DNA of 64,000 bases from Auanema rhodensis (GCA_964057225.1 OZ059896.1:15996001-16060000), one strand, 5' to 3'. Positions 1 to 13,256 are shown, counted from the first letter of the stretch. Notes: a model not told the origin generated them from the letters alone. Translations and numbers: made by a program.

Positions 1-61
1 TAATATGATTTGACTATAATAATGAAATATAAAGTAAATCATGAAATGGGATTAACTTATA

Positions 62-171
62 CCAGATCTCCTTCTATGGTTTGAACTACATTCTCATGAA
101 CATTCTTAGCTTTATCCACAAGTTTGGTTACATCTGTTTTAATTTCTTGTAATGTTGCTTCCGAAACATTC
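62..171 (-). CDS. Internal exon of an unidentified gene running off the window start
   Basis: Open frame NVSEATLQEIKTDVTKLVDKAKNVHENVVQTIEGDL bounded by a TTCAG acceptor and a GTATAAG donor on the minus strand. Confidence 0.5.
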
Positions 172-599
172 TGAAGAAATTTCAATATTAACAGCATTTT
201 CTACATTTTTAGCAACCTGACAATCAGCAATACTGGCTAAACAAACGAGTAAAATGAAACCTAGTCTATACATGACTCAATTCTAAATATATGTAAGTAA
301 GAAATATAAAATATATTATATGATAGAAACTTGAGGAACAACACTAAAACTTGCCTCTGCTATGAAGAGTTTATTCGCAAACTGAAATCTGTAGAGTCAG
401 ATTGAAGGAATACCTCTATGACGTTCACAACTGGTAACTAAAATTACTTTCATAATCCTTCACACTCTCGTGTAGTCCAATTATGAAGTTAGATCAGGTT
501 GATAATAGGCGCTAGTACGAGAGCTTTCTTTTCACTATCCATTAGGCAATCTTCATCTCAATAGCTATTCTATCTATTCATCTCTTGATCGTGTACCTC

Positions 600-604
<5 letters not shown>

Positions 605-655
<51 letters not shown>
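605..655. repeat. (CT)n microsatellite
   Basis: About 25 perfect CT units. Confidence 0.95.
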
Positions 656-657
<2 letters not shown>

Positions 658-2765
658 AATAGTGTACTTCTATACTCATCTATATTCAATCTCTTCACCT
701 TTTTTCTTTGAAAAACGGACTGGATCCATAGACAGTTAGCCAGGCATCAACTTCCCCAAAACCGGTGATTCAACATCAAACGAAAGTAAATTGGCCAATG
801 TAACCAGAAAATACCTGTACTATTGTCAGAAAGAAACATGTATTATACTAGTTTTTCCATAGTATCTGAATGAGAAAAGTAAAGTTCAGCTTTTCATGTT
901 ATAATTCAATTAATTTTTTTATAAATATTTATAAATAATAAATAACAAAACAATATATAAATATATTTATGTTATAATGTTGTTTTTATTTCTTTTTTTA
1001 AGATATCTTTATAATATTATAAATAGAAATGAATCATTATATTAACTAACTTTAAGAAATATAAGTTAGATTATCCTTATATAAATATATATTTATAATC
1101 TTGATGAACTATTTTATTTTTATTAGAACTCGATTATAAACATAAAAAATATTTCGATATACAATGAAGAATTAGATTTATATAAAGATATGCTTTGTTA
1201 ACTATTATATATAGTTAGTTAGTTTGTTAGTTATTCTCTAAATTAAAAAATTTATTTCATTCAAAGTATTTCCATAATTAGATAAACTGAGGCAACAAAC
1301 TTTATTTTTAAACATTAAGAGGATTCTAACATCCACATTATTTCGGATCACTAGTTAAGTAGATGTTAATTAACCTTTTCAAATTAATTTCTTCTTCTTT
1401 GTCTTTTAGTTTGAAAAAAAAACTCGCTATTCTCTTTGATACTTTAATTATGAAAAGATGGCTAAGAAGAAAAAAAACGGCTGAATTAAACCATAGTTCT
1501 CACATGTGACAAGAAATACTCATTACAGTATTACCATTTATAGAGAGAGAGAGAGAACATACGATTTAAGAGAGTATAAGGAAGTATTCTGATTAATAGA
1601 AAAAACTGAAAAGTTTGAAATTGGAAGGTATCTGATCTTTAATTGACCGTTTATAGTTTGACGTCGTCAAAAAACACACAGACATACACCAATGAATTTA
1701 TGCAAATTGAGATAAATATATAATAAAATAAATAAAAAAAAACATATTATTAGATATAACTATATGGTGTAATTGAATTAACTATATATCATATAAATTG
1801 ATATTATCCTCTAAAACTAACGGCACTAACACATAGTATTATGACAAAGCAATAGCATAGTACGATTCGTTGTAGTTCCAGTTCATTTTAACATTACAGG
1901 AAATGAAATACTTTATATTTATTACTTGAAGATATCAAACAACTAAAAAATTAAAAAAACTACAAAATAGAACATAATATTTGAACAAACGGTATTAAGA
2001 AGAAGAAGTAATAAGTATATCTGAATTTGATATAATTTTTATTTTTAAATGTTTTATATAACTTTTCTCTTTACGAAAACAACAATTGAACATAATTTCT
2101 TTCTTCTTATCAAGGAATAATCATTAAACTAATAAATTGTTTATGTGAATACATATGAAATAAAAGAGAAATGACTCATTTCCGGCAGTTTTTTAAATAA
2201 CCAACATACCCCTCTAACCAACATACCAACCTTTTTTCTTTAACAACTCTCTATCTTGTATGTCATATGTCTGTTTTGAAGCACACGATTACAAGAACCC
2301 TTATTACTTGAAGCTTAGAAAAAATCTAATAAATGAGAAATAATTATGACCTTTAGAATGTTTTTCAAGTTTGAAATAAGTTTAATAAAATTCCGACAAA
2401 AAAGGTGAAATAACGGTGGTCCTTTATTACTGGACAGGCGCCCTTTCGTTAACCTTATTACAACTTTTAAAAAGTTATTATATGATTTCAATAACATTTA
2501 AGTTCATATTTCAAACATTACTGTGTAGATTGGCAAAAAAAACATAAACTTTACTAGTACGGTTTATTAAATGTACATACACATAATGAATAAAAAGTAT
2601 TAATTAATTATTTTTTTAATTTTTTTTTCATAAATATTTCTTTTTTTTAATTTCTGAAACGTTTATGTTATTGCTATTGATGCTTTGTTTTTTGGATGAA
2701 CTTGTAGATCAAAAAATCAAAAAATATATAATAATGGCAAATCCTAAGTTGGGTTTGCTTAACTT

Positions 2766-3660
2766 TCAAACATCTTCAACTGAAGGTTGCCTGATAAGTT
2801 GTTGTTGCTGTTGAATTATAGTTGATGATTGTGGAGATTTCTTTGATTCATTTACAGCTCTATGTCGTTTTCCACTTATTTCAATAATAGCAAATAACGC
2901 TGTAATTCCAATTATTCCACAAAGTATGTAAAACATGGAAGCTTGTTCCTGCATCATTTCTGCTGACTGAATTTCTTTCTTACATTCAATTGATAAACGT
3001 TTTGATTTGGATAGTACATTCCTATTTTCCAAGATTCGTTTCTGTGCTCGTATGATGTAGATTTCGAACTCAAGCGAAGGTGGGCCGTGTGAACTGAAAG
3101 GACAGCATGACGTCATGTACATAGGTGACACAATGTTTTTTTTTTTGTGAAATTATTCTTTTTAATGTTGAATAAACTGACTTGAAGCAGAATGGTCCTT
3201 CATCTTCATTACAGTTACATACCTGAATAGTGAAATGAGAAAAACGAGGATGAAGATATAAGGTATAATCTCTGAACACACTTACCTCAATCTCTCTATT
3301 CTCATCCGACTGGCAGCGAGCTTGTATAGTAGTTGAGAAATTCGATTTTGCTAATACATCCCGACAACAAAAAACATAAAAGGTACATTGAATGCAAAAA
3401 TGTGAGGAAAAACCTTAGTTTGAGTTTGTTGGCCCTATAGCATGATGTGATCCGTTCGCAGTACTGTCCTTCAAAACCTTCGAAGCATAAACATCTGAAA
3501 GACCTTTGAGAGACGAAACATCAACGTAACTAACTGTACTGAGTTTGGACATTGAGTATATCTATGATGAGTGCCTTGTAAATCACAAATATTCGGAGCT
3601 TCTCCTAATATGGATGCTTAGAAGATTTTAAACGATTAACGGTAACACTTACTTGATATA
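2766..3660 (-). CDS. Multi-exon EGF-like-domain single-pass membrane protein (5' end uncertain)
   Basis: Exons encode NICDLQGTHHRYTQCPNS, CLCFEGFEGQYCERITSC (EGF CxCxxGFxGxxC) and VCNCNEDEGPFC. The last exon has a TM-like MFYILCGIIGITALFAII and a short tail ending SVEDV*. Confidence 0.7.
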
Positions 3661-5295
3661 GATATTCTAGGTAATAACATAAAAAATAAAAGAATTGAAC
3701 AGAATAGGTTTTTAGCTACAGCTTTTCTATGTGCCTCCAACATTGTTCTTAGATTGAACAACTATTAGTTCAAAAGGAGAAGAGAATATTAGATGGCTTG
3801 AAGCCTAAAACCTAAATGAAAAGAAGACTTCTTTCTAAATTCCAAAACATTTTTTTCTTTTATATATAACCAACACTATGAGGTAAATATTAGCTTATTT
3901 TCTAGTTGCAAAATATGTATTTCATTCTCACTTTTATCTTTATATGATAACAAAATAAAATTTGTAACGTGATATAGTTGAACCTTGTATATTCGTTTTG
4001 TTACATTTGTTGTTGGATAAGTACTTTCAATACTCATTCAGCAGTACTATGTCCTGAAATTTCATTATAACATATTTATTCGTTTGAGTCGTACAACTCA
4101 ATTAAGATTATTTTAGGAATTAAGATCATATCGTCTTATCGTTTTTAAAAAAAACTATAATCTACTCTATTAACCATGTGAAACCCGAAACTATTTATAT
4201 TTAGTAAGGTCATTGGTCATGAATCCATCATGTAACTGGTTCTGCTTTATGATCTACGACAAGCAGCATTTTATCACAGATCAACAATTCAATTAGTGAC
4301 TGACAAAGCGGGTATATCATTTGATCTACGGAATATAATTTTTTGGAAATTGTCCTCTAATCACATCTAGAAAATCAGATGAAAGCTTGAAAGAGTTTTG
4401 AAAATACATGCTTGAAGTCATTCTCTCACTTACTTCTGATTTACGATTTTTGAACCAAAAATAGTGAACAAACATTGTCGTTTTCGATTGTTTAAGTGCT
4501 TGTGACTTGTCAACATATCAATACATACACGTTAAACTGTGTATGAAAGTGTCAGAACGATGATCCAAATCTACATATCATGGTATGACCTAAAGTCATA
4601 GCAATGAAAGGATTGTAAGATATGAGGTTGATCTCTGATGTCTTATATACATGGAAAAAACTTTCCAATATGATGTTTATAAGGAAATTAGCTATTAACT
4701 ATCTTATGTAAGTCAGTTCGATATTCTTTTGAAATCGAATACAAACTCTCTTACAAGATGATACAACAAAGATGATAGGAGAATGCTTTTGTTCGGATAT
4801 GTATGTCCTATCGGAAGTTGGCACATGAATTAAATCGAATCAAACAATAGCTTCGTTTTGTGGAATTGTTGAGAAATACAAGAAAAATCTCATCTATTGG
4901 TTGATGCATATGGAATTTTTGTTGAAAATCACAAAAGAAATCAAAGTGATCAGTGTTGCGACACATTTTTCGAAGTTGTAACTCGATTCACTTCATCAAC
5001 ATCATGGCTACGGTTCGTAGTAACGGTTTGAGAACGAAAGGAATGTTTCACCCATGACCTTATATGAAATATCCCATATCACATAGTTAACGAAAGAACA
5101 AACGCTTTCATCACCTAATTTGTTGATTGATAGAATCCTTTACGTCAATCAAAGAAATTTTTTTCTGAACTATTACAATAAAGCCGAATAAAATTGCAAT
5201 AGCTTGCATATACTATTTCTTTATATAGTCACAGAAATAAATAACTGACAACTGGACATTTTCTTAGAAATACACATAGTTAACGATTTTGTTTC

Positions 5296-5690
5296 TATCT
5301 CTCTCTCACTCCACCTCTCTTTTTATTTCTTTTCTCTCTATTCTTTTCTCTTTCTTTCTTTTTCTTTGTTACCCTTCCTCTCTTGCGCTTATCTCTTCCC
5401 ACTTTCTCCGTCTCTCCCTCTCTATTTCCTATCGTCTATATTTCTCTCTCTTTTTTGCAAAATATTAACTTTACTTCAGTTTTTTGTCAATTTTTAAATT
5501 TAAACTTTCACAAAAAAACATTTTCCTTTCTATTTTTTCGTAAATCATTGCTAAAAATTCTTTGCTCTTTCCCCTACTTATGCTCTAGTCATGGTTGAGT
5601 CTTCTTTCTCTCTTTCTATGACTCTTCATTTCTCTCTCTATCTCTCATATAAATTCTCTTACTATTTTTCTATTTCCGATTATTTCTTTA
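5296..5690. repeat. CT-rich low-complexity tract
   Basis: Degenerate TC/TTC repeats; these explain the spurious ORF 5383..5598. Confidence 0.7.
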
Positions 5691-5890
5691 GTCACATTGC
5701 CACTCTATTGCCTACATATGTGAAGAACATCTACGATACCGTATGCCTCCTGGAAGAAATGTAGGCGGAGCTTATCGTAAAACTGTATACATGGCAAAAG
5801 TATATATATACACATAGTTAGGCCAGACGAAAGTCGAAATATATCCTTTTCTCGATTTGTTTTAAAAAAAACAAAGTATATATTGCGAGC

Positions 5891-7756
5891 ATGCACCTAT
5901 CTGAAACTCGAAAAGTGCTCATTACGGGAGCAACTTCTGGTATTGGTAAGTCATCTTGTACTTTTATCATAATTTTCAAGAGAAAGACAATCAAAAAAAC
6001 CTTTTGTGGCTCTTCTTGAGTTCTGTGAGAAATAAAATGTACTTTTTCATATGCAACCACTCTCTCGTTCAGCGTGTTTTGAAATGAAGACGTAATATTT
6101 TGAAGTGAAGGCACATGTACTACAACGTGTACTTCATTCATAAATATGAAAATATGAATTAAATTCTTTTCTCATCAAACATATCCATCATTATACTATT
6201 TCTATCGAATTGTTTTTGAGGTTTGGAAACTGCTTTACAACTCTGTTCGCTCGGTCATCATGTGACCATCACAGGTCGATCTTCTAGCAAGTGTGAAGAA
6301 GCAATTCAATATATTAAAAAGCATGTGGTAAGTTCCATCATTGTTTTTAATTTTTGTATTCAAATATACAGAATTATGTTTTGACTTCAACTTCAATGCA
6401 TTTTTCTTTCAGCCCGAAGCCGTAATATCAGTCCATAATCTAGAACTGAGTTCATTTGAAAGCATAAAGCAATGTTTAACATACTTGAAGCAACAAACGT
6501 AAGCTACATTTTTGTTCTCATAAATTGAATTTTTTAAATATTTTTCTCTCACTCTCTCCCTCCCTATAATCAAGATCTTTGTTGGTCTATTGGCACATTG
6601 ATCAGATCAATCTAAACATGAACTTTACTTGCCATTTCAAAAAAACAAATTACAATCATGTCCTACATCAATTTTTTTTGTTCTTCTTGCCTGTCAACAA
6701 ATTAGGAAAAACCGCTTCTGATACATATTATTATATTTATTATAACTTATAAATTAATGTTCACATATATTTTATAATATGTATTGATGTTTAAAACAAT
6801 TTATAGTCAATCTTGTCCATATATCAAGTTTTTTCAGACCATTTGATATAATTATTCTCAATGCTGGTCAGATGTTTCCTGAAAAAACCATAACAGAACA
6901 TGGACTTGAAGCAACTTATCAGGTTATTTTTTTTTTCGAACGAAAAACAAAGAGAAAATAGAATATAGAAGAGAAAAGTTCGTTCAACTGACCAAAAGTT
7001 CAAAATGTTCATCTTTTTCATGTTAATGTTTTTCTTTTTTCAAAGACATGTATATTTAGATCAACTATCTAGCACATTACCAACTAGCTAAAGGTATTGT
7101 AGCACAAACGCCTAAAGAACATCGTCTTCATTTCGTTGCCTTATCCAGTATTCTTATCAGGTTAGAAACATCTACATATGAAAAAAATGAAAAACTCTCT
7201 GCAGAGCAATCACATGGCCATTGTGGGCTGTTCCAACTGAGTCTAACTGGGACAAGATTATCTCTGAAGATCGATTGGAATCAGGGTTCCGTGAGTACGC
7301 ATATAGCAAGTATGCTCTGACCGCTTTAACTTCTGATCTGGAAGCCGAAAATGTAACTAATTTTCTAGTCGTATTGGTTAAAAGTCTATGTTTTCAGGTC
7401 ACAGCCGTAGCCGTTCATCCAGGAAATACCGTAACTCCAATTGCCAGAAAAATAACAGGACAGAAAAGGAAAATTCTTTCCGTTTTCAAAAAAACTCTAA
7501 TTCCATTGGTAAGCTTGTTAAGAGAAGATTTATAAACTCAATTTACCATATTTAGGATGAAGCTGCTTCAAATGTAGTGCGAGCTGCTCTGGAGCCATTA
7601 CCCCATGGTTACTTCTACAATAAGGAAAGTGTGGCCAAGCTACCAAAAAGTGTAATAACCCCAGATGCTTATAAAGTGATAATGGATATGAGTGAAAAAC
7701 AGTTAAAGTTAATTGAAAAACGAGCATCAGCAGTAGGCTCTCCAGGATCATCATAA
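5891..7756 (+). CDS. Short-chain dehydrogenase/reductase (retinol-dehydrogenase-like, dhs family), intact
   Basis: MHLSETRKVLITGATSGIG (TGxxxGxG), DIIILNAG, catalytic YAYSK, VHPG; GT-AG introns; ends GSPGSS*. Confidence 0.9.
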
Positions 7757-8856
7757 TGATCTTCAACTTGTGTGCAATACTTATTGATTCTTAAATGTAC
7801 ATAATTTATTTAGAAAATCTTAATAAATAATAAATAATTGAAATACAATCAAACCCAAAACGACCAGAAAAAAACAAATAAGTTGATGAAAACTAGAATT
7901 AAGATAGAATCATTTCTTTAAGCAATTGAATGTCTTGGTTCAGCAACTCAATGGCTACTTCATCATCCTTGTTTTTAATGCAGTTCACAACACCTTTCTG
8001 ACAAGAAGATAGTAACTCATGTGCTTTCTGGAAAAAAAGAAAAGAAAAATTAATCAAATGAGCATAAGGGTTGAACCTGAGGAACGCTTTCATTCAGTTC
8101 AGATATCAACCTGGCAACGAATTTTCCACTAGCAGTAGTTGGTCGACCAGCTTTAGCCAAGAGGAGGAGAACCGCGGTTAACAAGATAGCGGCAGGTTCA
8201 GATTGGTTTTTCAAAGACTCCTCGAGTTCTTTTATATAACCCTCTGTCCAAATAGAACTAAAGACGACAAATTAATCAGAAGAGTAAAACTGAATTGCTA
8301 ACATAGCCTTGTTGTCAGCTGGCCTTAACATCAAGGAGCATCCAGTTCTGGAGGAAACGGATTCCATGGCATCATGTAAGGTGTTGTAGTCTTGCTTTAA
8401 AGAATCATACAAGGATGTGATGGCTTCACGAGATCCGGAAGGTAATGACGAGATTGTTTCTTCTCTTTGCTAAAGTAATCGAATAAGAAAGTTTAGAAGA
8501 TACTCCTCACCTTCTCGGTCAGGTTACCCGCATTTTCGGTACCAGATGCATAAGTAAGTACAGCAGCAGCCAATTCACCACCAACACTTCGCATGATATG
8601 AGCAGTAAGGTCAGAACCAAGAGGATCTAATGTGACATTATATGTAAGTCGTGTGAAGTTTGTTGTACCTGGATAAGTACGGGATGATGCCTCAAATGCA
8701 CAAATGGAATCATAAAGGGAGCGAGCTTTAGATTGAACAGCCTGAATATTACGCTTCTGAGATTGAGCATCAGCAGATTGTTGAGTCAGAAGGAGTTCCT
8801 TTACACGATTTCTAAGCTTATCTTCAACCTAAAGAGTACATGCTGTAATAAGATAG
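6720..8856. repeat. Left copy of ~2.1-kb segmental duplication flanking the Maverick
   Basis: 6720-6911 matches 14174-14363; 7706-8856 matches 14361-15511 at a constant offset of 6655. Confidence 0.95.
7899..8856 (-). pseudogene. ufl-1: 5'-truncated duplicate of the UFL1 3' exons
   Basis: Near-identical to 14554-15511; breaks at the Maverick left end and has no upstream exons. Confidence 0.9.
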
Positions 8857-8868
8857 ACGCCATTTTTA

Positions 8869-9106
8869 TAACGTTTATTTTCATCAAAAAAGTGTCTAAG
8901 CTCATAGAAAATCAGTCATTTTTGAAAAACGTCATTATTTGGGCTGGACGTAGAAGTGCCACTTTCAACTTTTCATTTGTTTTTATTGTTTCTAAATGAG
9001 CTTTTCCCAAAATCTTAAACCTCTGACAAATTCTGATCTCATTGAATTAGTAGAAATATTAAAGATTAAGAACTTCCGTGGTATATTCATGAGAGACAAT
9101 TTGCCG
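8869..9106 (+). repeat. Maverick left TIR (outer ~72 bp missing)
   Basis: Reverse complement of 13868-14101 with 2 substitutions and one 4-bp indel seen. Confidence 0.92.
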
Positions 9107-9415
9107 AATGAAGAAATTAAAGAAAGAGAAGTAGGTATAGTCAATCTGGATTCTTCTAATAATAAAGGAACTCATTGGGTCTGATACTCAAAGAATGGTA
9201 AGCAATGTTATTTCTTTGACTCCTTTGGATTGGATCCATCTTCAGAACTTCAAAAATATTTGAAAGGTAATGGTAAAGATGAAAATAAAACAGAACTTTC
9301 AACATTCCAAATTCAAAAATTTGGAACCCATCATTGTGGTTATTACTGTCTTCTTGTTTTGAAATTATTGGAAATAAATGACTTTAGAACCACAATTCTA
9401 TCTCTCATTTATTGA
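8996..9415 (+). pseudogene. Adenain-like (Maverick PRO) cysteine protease with one in-frame stop
   Basis: ORFs 8996..9184 and 9230..9415 are in the same frame: FRGIFMRD...IVNLD...GTHWV*YS...YFFDSFG...FQIQ...HHCGYYC. The His/Asp/Gln/Cys catalytic set is present; TGA at 9182-9184. Confidence 0.9.
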
Positions 9416-12369
9416 ATAACGTTGAAGATAAAAGAATTGGCGTAATATTGACAATGATGTAACGTTTATGTTCATTACAGTCATTATTCAAAGCAACTTT
9501 ATTCTGTGTGAAAATAGTGTCCTAAGAGTATATTGAGTCTTTCTTACAACAGTCTTATGGCTGTGCTTCTTATAATCATTGATAGTCAACTCATTCTTGA
9601 CAACATTCCTTTACTTTTCTTAGTTTCATCACCATCTAGAGTCTTAAAAGCATACTGTTTAGGCTTTAGAGTAACTATTTCAGTTATTTCCATTCAATTC
9701 ATTTTTAAATTTTCCGACAACTTTCTTATTCTCTTTGCTATGAAGTACATGATCTTCCGGATAATCACTGAAATCGAAATGTCTTCGAAAATAGATATCT
9801 TTTTCCACATCTTTGTAGAAATCTTCAGTCTTGATGTCACATATGAGACTGTCAGTATCTTGGTAACATAATTCTACATTTCAATATTTCTTCTGAATAA
9901 CATTGTAATGAAAGTCATACATCAACTACTTACTCAGATCTAGAATAGCAAAACCTACATAAATAGTTTTTTTTATGTTTTCTTTGTTATACATAATGGT
10001 TTTTTGTAGTTAGGTTTTGAAGATAATTTAATTATTTTATCTTCATTTCTAATTAAACGGACATCAACTCTTTCTCTAAAATTTTCCATTGTTTTATCGA
10101 ATATAGCATTATTCATAAGTTTAAAAAAATCTTTTTCAAAATCATTTTTAGCTGTTTTTCCATGATTAGTATTCATTTCAATGTAAGATTCAAGCCATTT
10201 ACTTTCTTTAAAAGTAAGAATTCGATGTATCTTTTTAGTTTTTACTCCTAATTACAGACATTGCAACAAGTTTTCATAATGAATAACATATTTCTCTTTA
10301 TCAAATAATGTATTACACAACTTTTTTTACGGTTTGTTTATCAATTTTCACATTTTCTGGACACAGAGGAAAATCATTGTGCTTTGAGTGTAATTCCTTA
10401 GGATATTCCAAATCTACTTCGAAAATACAACTTTTACCTAAATTTTTCAAATAATCAATATAGTCCTCTATTTTCAAATATGTATCTTCTCTATCATCAT
10501 TGAGAACATCAATTAAAAACTGAATAACAAACTGAAAATCTCCTGTAGGTAATTTTTGTTTCATGGACCCAACCTTAAAGATTATTATCATCTAAGTACA
10601 TCAGATAATTTGAAGGAATTGAAGGATCAAAAGTATGAGTGTATTTATTATTATGTATTCATATGAATATATAACCTTTTCTTTGAATTAATTCGAATTT
10701 TTCTCATTTCCACATTACCTAATTGCATAATTTCTTGAGATGTTTTAATGAATTTGTTGAACTCTAGAGCAGCATTATGTCCAATATAAGATTTGATATT
10801 ATACATTTTTTTGGCGAAAGAATCAACTACAACAACACAAAATCCAGCTGCCACATGTTTTCCAACATCTGTAGTCCATGATTGTTTTCGATTATTAAAT
10901 TGTGTCTGATATTTTTTGATAATACTCTCAAAATCTGCATATATGTCATAACGATGCTTCTGAATGTTGCTAATGTTTTCGAATTTTGTGATTTCTTTTT
11001 TAGATAAATTATGTCCAATAGGTTTGTTTTTACCACAATCTTCTAAATGTCTATGATAATTTGATCTAGTTTTATCTTTTATATTCACATAATAAAACCC
11101 AATGACATCTAACACAGAACGTTTTTTGATGCTTTCCTTGTTTATTTAAAAGTTTATCAATATTTTTAATTAGAGAATAATATGATTTTCCTTCATCATT
11201 TACATTCTAACACATTTACCACAAGATCATTCAACTCCTCAAACTTATTAAATCTTTAATTTTCATTGGAAAAGTTAGATCTCCAAATTTCAAATCATTC
11301 TCAAAAGGAGTGTAATTATAAACTTCTGAAACATGATCTTTTGCAGGATGTAAACGAGCCAAAATACTCCACATAAAACACTTTTTATCATTATTTTGAA
11401 TGTTGATAACAGTTTCCTTGTTTTTGATAATAGAAGATAATCATATGTAAGCAGAACCACTTGGTGAATTATACATAGTTTGATTCATCTCAAGGTAATT
11501 TATTCCCGATATTGTCCAACCAGAACCTCTTGATTGCAAATTCTTCATGTTCATTATTAATTCCTGACAAGCATGTTGATACCATTCTTCTCGATCTTCA
11601 CCAATACACAATTCTTTAGTTTCAGATCTTACAGCAAAATTTTCTACCACAGAGGCTTTCTTTTGTTTGAATTCTAGTTTCAAATATATTTTAACTGAAG
11701 TATCACTTCTAATATCATTGATCACAAAATTTTTGTTCTTTTTAAAGAAAGAATTTATAATTTTTGTGATGATTTTCGTATAATATTCGATTCCTCTTTT
11801 CTCAAAAAGGTCAAAGTATTTTTCAAAATTGATTTCTTTAATATCAATTGGAACACATCTCTAAGTTCCGCTGTGTTAATTTGTAAATTATCCCTAATGA
11901 AAGTTAAAAGTTCTGAGGTACTTATAGATCTTAATTGTTGTGATTTAAGGATTCTTTTACTTTTTACCCCTCCGGACATTATTTCAAAAAGTTTAATGAC
12001 TTCTTTACGAAGATCATCTCTTCACATTTTTTCGAAATGATCCATTTTTCTCTGAAGTAATTAATTTTTTAAAAATCTTAGAAGGATCCAACACTTCCTT
12101 TTACATAGAAAATTTTTTTAAAGAAAAATTCAAATTTCAGATTCAGCGAAAGTAATGTCTTTAAACTTCATAATGAAATCAATCATTTCTTTCTTTTTCA
12201 TAGTTTGGATTTCCCTAGATTTGAGGATGTATTTTCTCAATTCACTTCCAATCATTGCAACTTTTCTACGAACTTCATCTCTTTTCATTTTCTTTAGATC
12301 TTCTTCACCTAAAGAAAGATTTTGGAACTCTACTACTTCAGCTTTCGAAGCTTCAGTAATTTATTCCAT
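9412..12369 (-). pseudogene. Protein-primed family-B DNA polymerase (pPolB), heavily frameshifted and internally deleted
   Basis: Motifs in order: GSGW...GSAYI, INIQNNDKKCFMWSILARLHP, YADFES (ExoI), YLDDNNL..MKQKLPTGDF, EVDLEYPKELH, KDFFKLMNNAIF, YQDTDS, VGKFKNE, KPKQY. Confidence 0.92.
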
Positions 12370-12376
12370 TTATAAA

Positions 12377-13230
12377 TACAATAATTTAGAAAACGTAGAA
12401 GATCACCGTGTAGAAGTATTCAAACCCATATTAGAGTCAAATAAGAAATTTCAGGAAGAAATTATTGATGAAAAGAATAAGATAGTTCAAACTCTTAATA
12501 GTTTAAAAGGAGAAATTAAAGGACAACCACAAATTTTACAAAGTACTCCATTGAAGCAAATCCAATCTGCAAGTAGTCCAAGTAAAGTAAATTCTACTTC
12601 AATCAAAATTTCCAACTTAATTGCAACTTATCTTCAAGATCCTAGAGATAAAAGTAATGCTGGATATTCAATAAGGTATTCCTCCGAAGGAGGTTTGAAC
12701 GTTATAGGTTATACTATTGGAAATAAAGAATTAGTTTTTGATGATAATACGATGGAAATCAATAATTCTGTTTACATCGCAACTCCTGGTCTTATGGAAT
12801 TATTAACGAAGAAATCTCCAGATATTAGTAAAATTCAGAAAGAAGATACTCAAAATTATCGTGATATCTTATTATACTCAAATGCTTTGTATCAAGGATT
12901 TGATAGAAGTAGTAAAAGATATAATGCTGATGCTAATGATAAATGGAAATTCATAAGAAAGAATTATTTTGTAACCAAAGAAAAATCTTCTCAAGGAAGC
13001 TCTAAGCTTACGCAAAGTCTGAATGTATCTAAAAGTCAATCCCAAGGTAGTAGTATATCTCAAGTCTTTGATTTCCTACCAGAAGATATTAATGCTCTTA
13101 TGGATTCATTAAGATTATCAATAGGTTCTTATCAAGTTGGTGATAATGGAGCATACACTTCATATTAGATGAATTAATTCATAGAAAGAAGATAAAAAAG
13201 AAAGATTTACCAAGTATTTACAGTTCTGTG
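12377..13230 (+). pseudogene. Conserved Maverick-associated protein of unknown function (5'-truncated, 3' frameshift)
   Basis: YTIGNK...ATPGLMELLTKKSP...YRDILLYSNALY...DKWKFI and C-terminal LRLSIGSYQVGDN/ILDELI, a motif pattern I recognise from Polinton ORFs. The first ~74 codons of ORF 12155..13168 are the antisense shadow of the PolB 5' end. Confidence 0.7.
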
Positions 13231-13256
13231 CAAAAAGATCTTAAACTTCTTTTCAG

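Noticed and set aside
4150-5180. Possible decayed LINE/RT remnant
   Set aside because: Only vague similarity; no diagnostic motif such as YADD could be recovered.
8733-8999. ORF spanning the host/Maverick junction as a chimeric gene
   Set aside because: Antisense to UFL1 plus non-coding TIR; no motif or splice support.
9182-9184. TGA at a likely Cys position as selenocysteine or readthrough
   Set aside because: It is a single-base change from TGY in an element full of other lesions; no SECIS element recognised.
12155-12376. Hydrophobic N-terminus of the 337-aa ORF, suggesting a membrane protein
   Set aside because: It is the antisense of the Lys/Glu-rich PolB 5' region; the fusion results from a deletion junction.
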